Notes: generated from the letters alone by a model not told the origin. Shown: positions 51,828 to 63,117, counted from the first letter of the stretch. The stretch is DNA of 64,000 nt from an uncultured Acidobacteriota bacterium (GCA_963809485.1 CAWEJX010000007.1:416001-480000), one strand, 5' to 3'. Translations and numbers: made by a program.

Positions 51828-52364
51828 TCAAACGTTTTCGCCCGTGCGCAGGATGCAGATGTCGGGAAGGTTGCGATAGCGCTGGCCGTAATCCAGGCCA
51901 TAACCGACCACGAACTCATCGGGGATGTCAAACCCGATATAATCCAGGGGCACATGAATCTTGCGTCTCGAAGGTTTGTTGAGCAACGCCACAACTCTAA
52001 GTGACGTCGGGCCCCGCGCCCGAAGGCTCTGCACGAGGTAGTGGAGCGTCAGGCCGGTGTCGATGATATCCTCGACCAGTATCACATCCCTTCCTTCCAC
52101 ATTCTCGTCCACGTCTTTCAGAAGATGAATCTCGCCGCTGCTCCGGGTCTGGTTCCCATAGCTGCCCGCGGCGATAAAATCGTAGGACAGCTCCAGCTCG
52201 ATGGACCGCACGAGGTCCGCGAGAAAGATGCTGGCGCCTTTCAGGACGGCGACCAGGTGTGGAGTTTTCCCGCCGTAATCCTGGGTGATCTGAACGCCCA
52301 ACTCGCGTACGCGTCTGCGGATGGTCCGGGAATCGAGCAGAATGGATTCTACCGAAGCATCCAT
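51828..52364 (-). CDS. hpt: hypoxanthine phosphoribosyltransferase
   Basis: VLKGA, VILVEDIIDTGLTL, FVVGYGLDY..YRNLP. Alternative start at 52388. Confidence 0.96.
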   Translation of the reverse strand: MDASVESILLDSRTIRRRVRELGVQITQDYGGKTPHLVAVLKGASIFLADLVRSIELELSYDFIAAGSYGNQTRSSGEIHLLKDVDENVEGRDVILVEDIIDTGLTLHYLVQSLRARGPTSLRVVALLNKPSRRKIHVPLDYIGFDIPDEFVVGYGLDYGQRYRNLPDICILRTGENV

Positions 52365-52541
52365 TTGGTTATCCCATTGGACTCCCATGGCTTTTTCCCT
52401 TCGGATGAGTGATTCATCTTTATCATAGGATGTGTGAATAAGAAAGTGCCTGGAAACAATCCGCGGCGGGCAGGGGACCCGCGCATCCGGGGAATCCGGA
52501 GATATTTCCGCCGCACGGAGTTATCCCGGTCCCCGGTTTGC

Positions 52542-52550
52542 TGATATAAT
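52542..52550 (+). promoter_or_regulatory. extended -10 promoter of ispG
   Basis: TG-A-TATAAT about 40 bp upstream of the start. Confidence 0.5.
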
Positions 52551-52588
52551 TTGCCTCTTCTGCCCGCAAAACGGGGAGGACGCGAGGA

Positions 52589-53806
52589 ATGATTCTGCCG
52601 AGAAGGATGTCTCTGGGTGTAAACGTCGGCGGTATTCGTGTGGGTGCCGGAGCCCCGGTTGTCGTGCAATCGATGACCAACACCGACACCGGAGATGCTG
52701 CCGCCACCGCGAGCCAGGTTGCTGCGCTTGCCGCCGCCGGATCGGAACTGGTGCGCATCACCGTCAACACCCCGGCAGCGGCAAAGGCTGTCCCCGAGAT
52801 AGCCCGAAGGGTCGAGGACCGGGGGATGCGCGTACCCATCATCGGGGACTTCCACTACAACGGACACATTCTCCTGGCGAAATATCCGGAGTGCGCGCGT
52901 ATTCTGGCAAAATACCGCATCAATCCGGGGAATGTGGGCGTCGGCAAAAAGCGCGATGAGAACTTCAGGCGAATTATCGATATTGCCGTCGAGCACGACA
53001 AGCCGGTCCGGATCGGGGTGAACTGGGGATCCCTTGATCCGGAGCTTGTCGCGCGCCTGATGGATGACAACAATAGGAACTCTGGGCCCAAGGATGCCCG
53101 GGATTTGATGATTGAGGCGATGTGCCTGAGCGCCCTGGAATCGGCCCGCATGGCGGAGGAATATGGTTTGCGCGACGATCACATAATCCTGAGCGCAAAG
53201 CTGTCCGGGGTCCAGGACCTGATCGAGGTTTATCGCGCACTCGCCAAACGCTGCTCTTATCCCCTGCATCTGGGTCTGACCGAGGCCGGCATGGGGGCAA
53301 AGGGCATCGTCGCGTCCACGGCGGCGCTGGCCGTGTTGCTGCAGGAAGGGATCGGCGACACGATCCGGGTTTCGCTGACTCCTGCGCCAAATGGCGAACG
53401 CACGGAGGAGGTCCTGGTAGCACAGCAGATTCTGCAGTCCCTCGAGATCCGGAGCTTCATGCCTCAGGTTTCCGCCTGCCCCGGCTGCGGCCGCACATCG
53501 TCCTCGTTTTTTCAGGAGATGGCGGACCGGATCCAGAACCACATCAGGGACCGTATGCCGGTTTGGAGAGTCCGCTATAAGGGCATTGAAGACCTCAGGA
53601 TTGCCGTCATGGGTTGCGTGGTAAACGGTCCGGGGGAATCCAGGCATGCTAACCTGGGCATCTCGCTTCCGGGATCAGGAGAAGATCCGAAAGCGCCCGT
53701 TTATGCGGACGGCCGGCTGGCGGCAATTCTGCACGGGGATGACATAATTCCGCAATTCATCGAGATGATCGAAGAGTACGTCGCCTCCCATTACCGGCTT
53801 CCTTAG
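52589..53806 (+). CDS. ispG: HMBPP synthase IspG/GcpE
   Basis: [54 protein letters not shown]. Confidence 0.97.
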   Translation: MILPRRMSLGVNVGGIRVGAGAPVVVQSMTNTDTGDAAATASQVAALAAAGSELVRITVNTPAAAKAVPEIARRVEDRGMRVPIIGDFHYNGHILLAKYPECARILAKYRINPGNVGVGKKRDENFRRIIDIAVEHDKPVRIGVNWGSLDPELVARLMDDNNRNSGPKDARDLMIEAMCLSALESARMAEEYGLRDDHIILSAKLSGVQDLIEVYRALAKRCSYPLHLGLTEAGMGAKGIVASTAALAVLLQEGIGDTIRVSLTPAPNGERTEEVLVAQQILQSLEIRSFMPQVSACPGCGRTSSSFFQEMADRIQNHIRDRMPVWRVRYKGIEDLRIAVMGCVVNGPGESRHANLGISLPGSGEDPKAPVYADGRLAAILHGDDIIPQFIEMIEEYVASHYRLP

Positions 53807-53895
53807 AGATTCATAATTCGTGCCGTTTGCGGCCGGTTTCTGATGTATCCTAATAATTTTGCAGAAAAACAATCTTTGGAACGGAATGCATGCAT

Positions 53896-55656
53896 ATGTT
53901 GAAAACGCACAACTGTGGGGATTTGCGATTGGCGGATGCCGGAAAGAGCGTGAACCTCGCCGGCTGGCTGCAGGGAAGAAGGGACCACGGCAATTTGATA
54001 TTCATGGATCTGCGCGACCGCTCAGGCCTGATCCAGGTCACGGCAGACCCGACGGTGGGGGAAGCCTTCGCGGTCGCCGAAAAAGCCAGGAGCGAATACG
54101 TCCTTCAGGTATCCGGAACGGTCCGTCCGAGGCTTGAGGGGAAAGCCAATCCGAACCTGGCGAGCGGCGAGATTGAGGTCCTGGCACAAACGATCACCAT
54201 CCTCAATACCGCCAAAACGGTCCCGATGCCAATCGACGACGACGGATATAAGACAGATGAAACGACGCGGCTGAAATACCGGTACCTAGATCTCCGCCGG
54301 ACGCGGCTTCAGAAAAACCTCATGCTGCGCCACAAAACGATCAAGTTCATACGCGATTATATGGATCAGCAGGGGTTTGTGGAAATCGAGACGCCGATGC
54401 TGATCAAGTCCACCCCGGAAGGCGCCCGCGATTACGTGGTTCCGAGCAGGGTTCAGCAGGGCAAGTTTTACGCCCTGCCCCAGAGCCCTCAGCAGCTCAA
54501 GCAGCTTCTGATGGTGGCCGGCTATGAGAAATATTTTCAGATTGCCCGCTGCATGCGCGACGAGGATCTGCGCGGAGACCGCCAGCCTGAATTCACCCAG
54601 CTGGACCTCGAGATGTCGTTTGTCGGGCGGGACGACGTCCTGGACCTGGTCGAAGGCCTGGTAACGGGCTTGATTCCCGCCGTAACGCCCCACAAGCGCA
54701 TTTTCAGCCCGTTTCCCATTATGAGCTATAAGGAAGCCATGGGCCGCTATGGAACGGACAAGCCCGATCTCCGCTTCGGCATGGAGATCGTCGATCTGAC
54801 CGATGCCGTGCGGGCGTCCGATCTCAGGCTGTTTGCCGAAACGGTTCAATCGGGCGGCGCTGTCAAATGCATCCTCGTGCCCGGCTGCGCTTCCTACTCA
54901 CGCAAGGACCTGGACATACTGACCGAATTTGTGAGGGCGGCGGGCGCCAGAAATCTTGCGACGCTGGCGTGGACCCCGGAGGGACTCAAAGGGACTGTGG
55001 CGAAATCGCTCAAACCGGAGGAGGCGTCCGAAATCGCGAGCCTCACGCAGGCGAAAGAAGGCGATCTTGCCTGCATCATCGCCGATAAAGCAGCCGTGGC
55101 ATGCAAGGCGCTGGGTGCGCTGCGCCTGGAATTCCGGGACCGGCTGAAACTGGCCCCTCCGGACCTGCTGGCCTTCGGATGGGTTGTCGATTTTCCCATG
55201 TTCGAGTGGAACGAGGAAGAGAAGGCCTGGGATTCGGCGCACCATCCATTTACCAGCCCCAAGGAAGAAGACCTGGACAAGCTCGAGAGCGATCCCGGGT
55301 CCGTCATGAGCAATGCCTACGATCTTGTGTGCAACGGGTACGAGCTTGCCAGCGGCAGCATCCGTATCCATCGCCGGGACGTCCAGGCCAGAATTTTCAG
55401 GTGCCTGGGCTATGGGGACGAGGAGATCCAGCGCCGTTTCGGCCACATGCTGGACGCTTTCGAGTTTGGCGCCCCGCCCCATGGCGGGATGGCTCCCGGG
55501 CTCGACCGGCTGATAATGCTGCTGGCCGACGAGCTGAACATACGCGAGGTCATCGCGTTTCCCAAAACAGCCAGCGCTACCGATCTCATGTTCGACGCGC
55601 CATCGGATCTTGCGCCTAAACATCTGCGCGAGCTCCACATAAAAATAGTGGAATAA
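53896..55656 (+). CDS. aspS: aspartate--tRNA ligase (probably non-discriminating Asp/Asn)
   Basis: RRDHG, RYLDLRR, STPEGARDY, LPQSPQ, RQPEFTQLD, GAPPHGG. His in RDHG and Gly before xxNP are typical of ND-AspRS. Confidence 0.97.
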   Translation: MLKTHNCGDLRLADAGKSVNLAGWLQGRRDHGNLIFMDLRDRSGLIQVTADPTVGEAFAVAEKARSEYVLQVSGTVRPRLEGKANPNLASGEIEVLAQTITILNTAKTVPMPIDDDGYKTDETTRLKYRYLDLRRTRLQKNLMLRHKTIKFIRDYMDQQGFVEIETPMLIKSTPEGARDYVVPSRVQQGKFYALPQSPQQLKQLLMVAGYEKYFQIARCMRDEDLRGDRQPEFTQLDLEMSFVGRDDVLDLVEGLVTGLIPAVTPHKRIFSPFPIMSYKEAMGRYGTDKPDLRFGMEIVDLTDAVRASDLRLFAETVQSGGAVKCILVPGCASYSRKDLDILTEFVRAAGARNLATLAWTPEGLKGTVAKSLKPEEASEIASLTQAKEGDLACIIADKAAVACKALGALRLEFRDRLKLAPPDLLAFGWVVDFPMFEWNEEEKAWDSAHHPFTSPKEEDLDKLESDPGSVMSNAYDLVCNGYELASGSIRIHRRDVQARIFRCLGYGDEEIQRRFGHMLDAFEFGAPPHGGMAPGLDRLIMLLADELNIREVIAFPKTASATDLMFDAPSDLAPKHLRELHIKIVE

Positions 55657-55718
55657 AACACAACAGCCACGAATCCGGCGAATCCGCTTCGCTTCCATTC
55701 GTGGCTGTTTTTGTGTTT
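55656..55718. terminator. bidirectional hairpin between convergent aspS and vWA genes
   Basis: AAACACAACAGCCACGAAT...ATTCGTGGCTGTTTTTGTGTTT. Confidence 0.6.
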
Positions 55719-58067
55719 CAGAAAGAGATTGAAATGGCGCGATGTACCAGCCGGATGAATTCCTGTCGGTAACCCTGACTGTCGGGTCCCCGCCCTTCCT
55801 TGGCCCATTCCAGGACGCTTTCCAGGTTGGCACTCCCTTTGTGCGGGGAGTCGCGCAGCACCATTCCGAAAGCGGCCACGGCCGCGGCAAATTTGAAGTC
55901 CTGCGAAGCCCTGCTGAATTTCTCCGCAGAATCTTTGACTGCGAACTCGGAAAGAACGCTCTGATCTTTCTCCGGCTCCTTGCTGCGGATTTTGACCGTC
56001 AGGACTTCGTTGCTGTCTGCCGAGGCAGAGGGTTGGACCGGCTTTTGATACTTCAGTGGATCCACACCCAGTGCGGTAGCCGCCATTCCTGCGGGAACAA
56101 GCTCATAAAGGGCCGTCACCGTATGCCCGGCTCCCACCGCGCCTGCCGTTTTGTCGTCGTCGTTGAAATCCTCCTTGGGCATCATCCTGTCTTCGTAGCC
56201 GATCAGGCGGTAGGAACTCACCCGTCGCGGGTTGAATTCGACCTGTATTTTTACGTCTTTGGCGATCGTGATCAGGGTCGCATTCATCTGCTCGACCAGG
56301 ACCTTCTTTGCCTCGCGCAGGGTGTCGATGTAGGCATAGTTGCCGCGCCCCTTGTTTGCCAGCAATTCCAGGGTCGCGTCCTTATAGTTGCCCATCCCGA
56401 ATCCCAGGGCGCTGAGGTAGATCCCGCTTTTCGCTTGTTCTTCGATAAGGCGCGTCAAATCTCCACGGTTGGTGACGCCGACATTGAAATCGCCGTCGGT
56501 TGCCAGTATCACGCGGTTTGTCCCGCCCTTTCAGGAAATTTCCCCTGGCGGTTTTGTAAGCAAGCTGGATGCCGGAAGCGCCGTTGGTGCTGCCGCCCGC
56601 CCGAAGGTGGTCAATGGCCCGCCGTATCTTCTCCTTCTGGTCGCCGCTGGTGGAAGGCAGCACAAGGCTCGTGTCTCCCGCATACACGACAATTGCGACC
56701 CTGTCCGATTCCGTCAGCTGGTCCACGAGCAGGCGCATCGATTCCTTTACGAGGGGAAGCTTGTTTTCATCGGCCATCGATCCGGATACGTCGAGCAAAA
56801 ATACCAGGTTGCCCGCCGGCCGCTTGCCGGGGCTTATTTCGCGCCCTTTCAATCCGATGCGCAGGAGCTTGTGCTCCGGTTTCCAGGGAGCTTCGGTGAT
56901 TTCAAAATCGACCGCAAACGGTTTCTCGTTTTTGGGACCTTTGTAGTCGTAATCAAAATAGTTCACGAGCTCTTCAACGCGAACCGCGTCTTTTGGAGGC
57001 AGTTTTCCGCTTTCCAGGAAGCGGCGCACGTTCGAATAGGACGCGGTGTCCACGTCGATGGAGAAAGTGGACAACGGATTCTGTGCTGCATCCAGGAAAG
57101 GATTGTCACTGATGTAGTCATAGGTTTCGGTGTTAAACGAGCCGCGTTGGCGAGGGACCGGAGGCGGTCCGTCCCAGGGACGAGGTCGCGGGGGCGGAGG
57201 CATCCTTCTGTGCATCGACACGCCTTCGGACTTCTGAATATAGGCGGCCGAAACTCCGCCGGCCAGATTTCCGGCCGTCCCCGCAGCGGATTCTGCCTGA
57301 ATTGCGGGGAGCTTTGCGGTGACGGTTAACGTTTCGTCGGTCCCCTTGATTTCCCCGGAAAGCCCCGGCTTTTCAGGAGCAGCGGCCTGGACCTTCTGCT
57401 CTTCGGGCGCCGAAACCGAGGCTGCAAGAATGGCGTCCGCTTTGGCTTTGTACTCTTCACCCTTCGCCCGCTCCGTTTCGGCGATACGGTTCATTTCTGC
57501 GGGCACGCCTGTCCCTTGCGGAGCAACGGATGTGTCGTCCCGGTCTTTAGAAACTGTGGGCTCCGGCGTTTGCCGCTCGTTTGTTTTCATATCCGTGGAG
57601 GGTCCTGAACTCTGCGCGGATTGAGACGAAAGGCTTCTCCCGCTGCTTTGCCCGGAAAGATCCTGGATTTGGGCCGGCTCTTTTAATTCAGCCGTCATCA
57701 CTGGGCTGCTTTTCTGCCGCACGGCAGCTGTCTGCTCGCGTCCTGGTTGCCTGACAATCACTGAAAAAGCCAGAAGCAGAGCCGCAGCGGCGCCGGCAAA
57801 AATCCAAACCGGCTTCCGCATGAGCCAGCTTCTGCCGGCCCCCGCGCGGGATTCGATCTTCTCACGCTGGGTTTGGGTCAGCGTGAGGGCGGGTTCCGCC
57901 CGCAGCTCCTCCTTCAGCAATCCGGCAGTCTCCCGGATCCCCTCGACGAGCCGGCGCATTTCTGCGGATTCTGCCAGGATACCCTCGATTTCCGCTCTCT
58001 CCTTCTCGTCCGCAATTTCGCCGAGAGCATAGGCGGTCCATCGCGGATCATCGGCGTCCATCTTCAT
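55718..58067 (-). pseudogene. YfbK-like vWA/DUF3520 protein with anti-sigma-like N-terminus and TM; +1 frameshift near 56527
   Basis: TFSIDVDTASY, VRVEELVNYF, DVSGSM. TTC CTG AAA GGG CGG GAC has one extra G relative to FLKGGTNRVILATDGDFNVG; the other frame continues IAKDVKIQVEFNP...IGYE. Confidence 0.8.
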
Positions 58068-58582
58068 TGCACCCTCCTTATGGCCGGCCGGTTCCGGACT
58101 CTCTCCCGAATGGTTTTGAGCCCGGTGTGGATGAGAAATCCGACATTGCTTACCGAAAGATTTGTAATCCGGCTGATTTCCAGATAACTCAGGTCGCCCT
58201 GGAACTTCAGTCTCAGGACCTCCTGCTGGTTTGCGGGGAGAGTGTCAAGCACCTTCAGGACTTCTGTGAGCTGCTCCTCCTTCTCCAGGTCCGCGGCAAA
58301 CTCCGGCCCGGAGCGGGAGTGCATCTGCGCATCGCTGATTGAGGTCATTTTTCTCTCCTTTCGAAGCACATCCAACGCGCGGTTGCGGCAGACGATATAA
58401 AGCCATTGCGTCAGATGATCCCGGATTTCAGCCGGCTTCTGGAGACAAAGCTTCAGGAAGGTGTCCTGCACGACCTCGCGCGCCTTTTCCTTGTCTCCGG
58501 TGATGTGAGCCGCATAGCGTATCAGCGGTTGCTCGAATTCGGCCAGTACGGATGGAATCCAGCTTGAATCGGGAGTCTTCAT
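58064..58582 (-). CDS. ECF sigma-70 family RNA polymerase sigma factor
   Basis: EVVQDTFLKL, WLYIVCRNRALD, LPANQQEVLRL..LSYLEIS; ATGA-coupled to the vWA gene. Confidence 0.92.
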   Translation of the reverse strand: MKTPDSSWIPSVLAEFEQPLIRYAAHITGDKEKAREVVQDTFLKLCLQKPAEIRDHLTQWLYIVCRNRALDVLRKERKMTSISDAQMHSRSGPEFAADLEKEEQLTEVLKVLDTLPANQQEVLRLKFQGDLSYLEISRITNLSVSNVGFLIHTGLKTIRERVRNRPAIRRVQ

Positions 58583-58706
58583 GCAGCCCTCATTCGCTTT
58601 TCCGGCTTCCCTATATGCGAAAACGTTTCAGCGCAGATTTTCTTAGAGAAAAATTTTGGGTCTCACGGGCCCGGAATCGACGAGATTGTAAAAAGGACGG
58701 GTTGTT

Positions 58707-60215
58707 TCAGGCAAGCAATTCCGCGAAACTGCCCCGGCGGATAAGCTGGCGCAGGATTTCGATGTCGGGCGAGGAATCCCTGTCATTCGCCAGGGGTTCT
58801 ATGGCCTGGCGGACCAGGGCATAAGCTTTGCGCGTCCCTTCCCCCGGCTCCAGAGGTTTGCGAAATTCCATACCCTGGCAGGCAGCGAGTATTTCCGCGG
58901 ACAGCACGGTTTCCAGATTGTCGGCCACGGATCTAAGTTTCAATGCCGCCGTCATCCCCATGCTTACGTGATCCTCTTTGTTGCCCGATGTCGGGATGCT
59001 GTCCACAGAGGCGGGGTGCGCCAGGATCTTGTTCTCCGACACCAGGGAAGCGACCATGACCTGAAGCATCATGTAACCCGATGATAATCCGGGGCTCGGG
59101 CTCAGGAAGGCGGGCATGCCGCTCAAATCGGGATTGACCAGGCGTTCCAGGCGCCGTTCGGAGATGCTCGCCAGGTCGGCCAGAACCAGCGCCGCGTAGT
59201 CGAGGGCGTAGCCCACCGGCGCGCCGTGAAAATTGCCGCCCGCGAGGATCGATCCTCCGTCCGCGAAAACCAGAGGATTGTCCGTCGCGCTGTTGATCTC
59301 GCGGGTGAGTATCTCCCTGGTATGGTCCAGCGCGCCCCGCACGGCGCCGTGAACCTGGGGAACGCAGCGAAGCGAGTAGGCATCCTGGATGCGCCCGCAA
59401 TCGCGGTGCGATTCCACGATGGCGCTGTTGCGCAGCATGCGGGTGATGTGGGCCGCGGTCTTCTGCTGGCCGGGGTGCGGCCGCACCTGGTGGATGCGCG
59501 AGTCGTCGGCAACCACGCTGCCGAGCAGGACCTCCAGTGTAAGAGAGGCTGCAACATCCGCCGTGTCCATGAGACTGCGCGCGCGCTCGATCACCAGCCC
59601 CCCCACCGCGGTCATGAACTGAGTGCCGTTGAGCAGGGAAAGCCCTTCTTTCGCCTGCAGCTCGAGCGGAGAAAGCCCCGCGCGCTGCAAAGCTGCGGAT
59701 CCGGGAAGCCGTTCCCCGCGGTAAAAAGCCTCTCCTTCCCCGATCAAAGCCAGCGCCATATGAGCGGACGGCACGAGATCGCCGCTGGCGCCCACGGATC
59801 CGCGCGAAGGGACGACGGGGCAAACCCTTTTGTTCAGGACGGCGATCAGCATGTCGATGATTTCCGGCCGCACGCCGGAGAAGCCCTTGGCAAGCGAATT
59901 GGCGCGGAGCAGGATCGCCGCCCGGACTTCGGGCTCCGCCAGCGGCTCCCCCGCGCCGCATGCATGGCTGCGCAGCAGGTTCAGCTGCAGCTGACGGATT
60001 TCATCATGGGGGATACGGACGTCGCTGAGCTTGCCGAATCCCGTAGTCACGCCGTATACCGGGAGGTTGCTGTCCAGGGCTCGGTCTATGACCGCTCGGC
60101 TTGCGAGGACTCTCTGGCGGGCCTTGCCGGCCAGTTCCACCAGCGCGAAATCCAGCGCTACGTGCGCCAGTGTTCCGAGCGTCAGCGATTCGCCGTCCAA
60201 CGATAAGCCGTGCAT
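58707..60215 (-). CDS. hutH: histidine ammonia-lyase
   Basis: YGVTTGFG, LRSHACG, MIO GASGDL, KEGLSLLNG, QDAYSLRC, GNFHG, EDHVSMG. Confidence 0.93.
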   Translation of the reverse strand: MHGLSLDGESLTLGTLAHVALDFALVELAGKARQRVLASRAVIDRALDSNLPVYGVTTGFGKLSDVRIPHDEIRQLQLNLLRSHACGAGEPLAEPEVRAAILLRANSLAKGFSGVRPEIIDMLIAVLNKRVCPVVPSRGSVGASGDLVPSAHMALALIGEGEAFYRGERLPGSAALQRAGLSPLELQAKEGLSLLNGTQFMTAVGGLVIERARSLMDTADVAASLTLEVLLGSVVADDSRIHQVRPHPGQQKTAAHITRMLRNSAIVESHRDCGRIQDAYSLRCVPQVHGAVRGALDHTREILTREINSATDNPLVFADGGSILAGGNFHGAPVGYALDYAALVLADLASISERRLERLVNPDLSGMPAFLSPSPGLSSGYMMLQVMVASLVSENKILAHPASVDSIPTSGNKEDHVSMGMTAALKLRSVADNLETVLSAEILAACQGMEFRKPLEPGEGTRKAYALVRQAIEPLANDRDSSPDIEILRQLIRRGSFAELLA

Positions 60216-60216
60216 G

Positions 60217-61035
60217 CTATTCCTTCCTGGATAGCCTGATATCTCCTGCATAGGTAACCAGCTTCAATGGTGCGCCGCCGTCGCCCACAGCGCCCTTTAA
60301 CGACTGTGAATTTTTGCTGACGACGATTTGAGGAGGTTCTGGCTCGCCCTCGACGACCTGGGGAGGGTAGTCTACGGTGATGGTGCCATTGCGCGTCTCC
60401 AACTGAATGGCTGCGGAGTAGTCGAGAGGGAGCTTCACATCCACCGAACCGACCTGGGTCAGCGCAGCGAATTCCATTCCTTTCCAGTTTTTGCCGGACA
60501 TCTCGACAGAAATGTCGCCCTTCAAAGTCTCGCCCGAAAAGTATCCCTCCATCGATTTGGCTTCCAGGCTGCCTTCGCTGGTCGAAATCTCAACCCAGCC
60601 GTTCACCGATTCAATGGTAAAATCACCCCGCTTCATCGTGCCTCGGATGTCGGTCTTCGCCTTCGGGACATATAGGGTGAGGTTATATTCCATGGTCGCG
60701 TCGGGTTGCGTCGGCTCCGCTATGCGGATGGTGGAACTGGTCTGGGTCCAGCGCACCCTTATGGGATGAGCCTTGAGCAGAAGCATGGCCTGCTCTGCGG
60801 AATGGTAATAGACGATTTTTTCCGCCTCCATGCGAACGGATCCCTTCTGCCAGCCCACAATTGTGATGTTGCCCGGCACTCCGGCCGTGATCTCGATCTT
60901 TCCGCCCGGGAAAAAATTGAATTGCTTTTCCTCCCGTTCGACGTAGGGCGCTTCGGGGACCTGCGTTTTGGCAGGTTCCTGGAGCCACGAAACGGGGAGT
61001 AATAGGGAGCCCATCAAAATCATGAAGAACGGCAT
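60217..61035 (-). CDS. DUF4097-like exported beta-repeat protein
   Basis: Signal peptide; GNITIVGW, beta repeats (TxxGxI), GDGGAPLKLVT..GDI. Confidence 0.7.
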   Translation of the reverse strand: MPFFMILMGSLLLPVSWLQEPAKTQVPEAPYVEREEKQFNFFPGGKIEITAGVPGNITIVGWQKGSVRMEAEKIVYYHSAEQAMLLLKAHPIRVRWTQTSSTIRIAEPTQPDATMEYNLTLYVPKAKTDIRGTMKRGDFTIESVNGWVEISTSEGSLEAKSMEGYFSGETLKGDISVEMSGKNWKGMEFAALTQVGSVDVKLPLDYSAAIQLETRNGTITVDYPPQVVEGEPEPPQIVVSKNSQSLKGAVGDGGAPLKLVTYAGDIRLSRKE

Positions 61036-61049
61036 CGGCAATCGCTCCT

Positions 61050-61997
61050 TTATTTGAAGAAATCCGGCGCTGCAATCTCCGGGAGACGGCCCACGGTGTG
61101 GATGTCTATCCCGTGAAATATCGCCAGGGACAAAATTGCCAGGCAAATCCACCACGCCGCGCGTGCCGCCGGCGACTTCAGACGCTTCGGAAGGATCCGC
61201 ATCCAATGATACAGTATCCAGCATTCCAGGGCGAAAGGAGGAAATCCGAAAAATCCCAGGACCGGCATTTCAAACACTTTCCATTTGCCGAAAAAGGGCA
61301 CGGTGTAGATCCACTTGGAGCCCGCCCAGAAATTAAAAAATTCCCAGATCAGGCCGCAAATCAATCCTCCCAGCATCAGGCTCCACACGCGCCTGCGGTC
61401 TCCGGAAAATATGCCCAACGAGAGGCTTTGCATCCCGGACCTCTCCAGCAGGGGATCGAAAAGAAAAATGGGCCCCAGCCAGACGGCAGGGAAAAAATAG
61501 CGCGGCCACACGATGGGCGCGGCCGTCATTATCAGGCCGAGCGCAATAAACACGGGGGACGGGCGCGTCCTGCCGCCGGAAACATCCGGGCGGCATTCCG
61601 AGGCCATGGATTGAGAAGAGCTTCCGAAGAGCGGCTCCACGAGGTCCGAGGTGATGAATATGGCAGGGAGCACGGTTGCGAACGACAGCGCATAGCCAAA
61701 CCAGCGCAGACAAAGGTGCATGGGGACGACACTGTAGGACCAGTTCTGGATGCGGAAATTGAAGGCTTCAAAAATCAGCCAGATAAAAATGGAGAGGGGA
61801 AGCATGCACCATAGTTCGTTCCGTCTGTTGATAAAAAGCGATCGGCCCCGGAGCTTCAGCAGCAGGTTATCAGCCAGCAGGATATAGGACCACCAGGCGA
61901 AGCAGTAAAACCATGTGGAGACAGGCTCAATTTTGCGGACGAGGCAGTATTCGGAGATAATCAGGAGCAGCAGGCCGGCCCAACCATAAATTTTCAT
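61050..61997 (-). CDS. conserved hypothetical integral membrane protein
   Basis: About 8 TM segments; WLIFEAFN..NWSY, GLIWEFFN..KWIYTVP, FEMPVLGFFGFPPFALEC. Confidence 0.75.
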   Translation of the reverse strand: MKIYGWAGLLLLIISEYCLVRKIEPVSTWFYCFAWWSYILLADNLLLKLRGRSLFINRRNELWCMLPLSIFIWLIFEAFNFRIQNWSYSVVPMHLCLRWFGYALSFATVLPAIFITSDLVEPLFGSSSQSMASECRPDVSGGRTRPSPVFIALGLIMTAAPIVWPRYFFPAVWLGPIFLFDPLLERSGMQSLSLGIFSGDRRRVWSLMLGGLICGLIWEFFNFWAGSKWIYTVPFFGKWKVFEMPVLGFFGFPPFALECWILYHWMRILPKRLKSPAARAAWWICLAILSLAIFHGIDIHTVGRLPEIAAPDFFK

Positions 61998-62047
61998 TTA
62001 CACGGTATTATCCCACAAAAATAACAGGCAGCCATGAACCTTCACCG

Positions 62048-62210
62048 GGTTTTGTTGAGGGCGACTCTAGAGGCCGGTCCATAAATTTTAACGCTGACGC
62101 ACGCCGATAAACGCTGACTTACGCTGAAAAAATATAGATAAATAATATTTTCTCAGCATTTAAGGTTGATTGGGCGAAGACGGCTCTCCCGAGCCGTCCT
62201 CAATAAAACT
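62048..62210. repeat. nested palindromic intergenic element with ACGCTGA-type repeats
   Basis: Outer IR GGTTTTGTTGAGGGCGACTC / GAGCCGTCCTCAATAAAACT; inner AACGCTGACGCACGCCGATAAACGCTGACTTACGCTGA. Confidence 0.55.
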
Positions 62211-62253
62211 TGGGAATCTTTGCCTGTCTGAAGGCAGGAGTTTGGGGCTGATG

Positions 62254-63117
62254 CTAGAGCCAGCTTATCTTCAAGCCGCCGATGCCGGTTTGGACGCGGA
62301 CGGAAATTTTGATCGCGGCGGTGTCGTAATTTGTGCTGTAGTAAGCGGAATCCCGCTGATTGAAACCGTCGAGGTGCACGCCACTCAGGAAATTTTTTTC
62401 GGCTTCAACCTTGACCCCGATCTCGCGCGGCATCTTGACGTTGACTCCGCCCACCCCGACCTGGATGCGGATGTCGGCATCGCGATTCCACTCCCCTGTG
62501 AAATCCAGATCCGCTCCGCCGACGCCTCCCTCGTATTCGAACTCGCGAAAATTGAGATTTCCCAGACCGACCGCTTCAATGCTGCCGACGCCGTTTTTTA
62601 TGCTGATATATTCGCAGGGAACCGGATTCGGTTTGTAAACAGACAGTTTTGCGCCTCCCACTCCGGCCTCGAAATTGAGGCGCGTCAGCTTCATCCCTGA
62701 CAGGGACAGGCGGGCGTCCCCCACTCCCGCGTTTACGGTCAAATCCAGGGGGATGGATTCATTGAATGCCAGCCTGAGCCTGTTATTGTGTCTATGCCTT
62801 CGCACCCCTGATCTGCGGGTGCTTGGGAGGTCGAAAGAAAATCGACCCTCCTCCCCAGCGAGGGCGGTATCGTATCGGACTTCGGGGACATAGCTCGCTT
62901 TGTCATATTCCAGGTCGAGAGAGTACAGCTCGGACTCTTTATCGCCGGCTGTGATTTCCAGGGAACCGATCCCAAAGCGGACCGTTGAATTCAGTTTTTT
63001 TTCCTTATCGAGAGGTTGAGCCTGGTTCATCAAAGTCATTTCAATGGGCACACGTTCGTCGAAGCCGCATCCGCAAAGCACCAGCAGACTGCTTATCATC
63101 CAGGTTGCTCTTTTCAT
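62254..63117 (-). CDS. toast-rack (LiaF/DUF2154-like) lipoprotein
   Basis: Lipobox-like LCGC; repeated GVG motifs (AGVGDARL, GGVGGADLDFTG, GVGGVNV). Confidence 0.7.
   Translation of the reverse strand: MKRATWMISSLLVLCGCGFDERVPIEMTLMNQAQPLDKEKKLNSTVRFGIGSLEITAGDKESELYSLDLEYDKASYVPEVRYDTALAGEEGRFSFDLPSTRRSGVRRHRHNNRLRLAFNESIPLDLTVNAGVGDARLSLSGMKLTRLNFEAGVGGAKLSVYKPNPVPCEYISIKNGVGSIEAVGLGNLNFREFEYEGGVGGADLDFTGEWNRDADIRIQVGVGGVNVKMPREIGVKVEAEKNFLSGVHLDGFNQRDSAYYSTNYDTAAIKISVRVQTGIGGLKISWL

Noticed and set aside
58707-60215. Phe/Tyr ammonia-lyase feeding the aromatic island
   Set aside because: The SH motif (LRSHACG) and EDHVSM indicate histidine specificity, and the gene is ~34 kb from the island.
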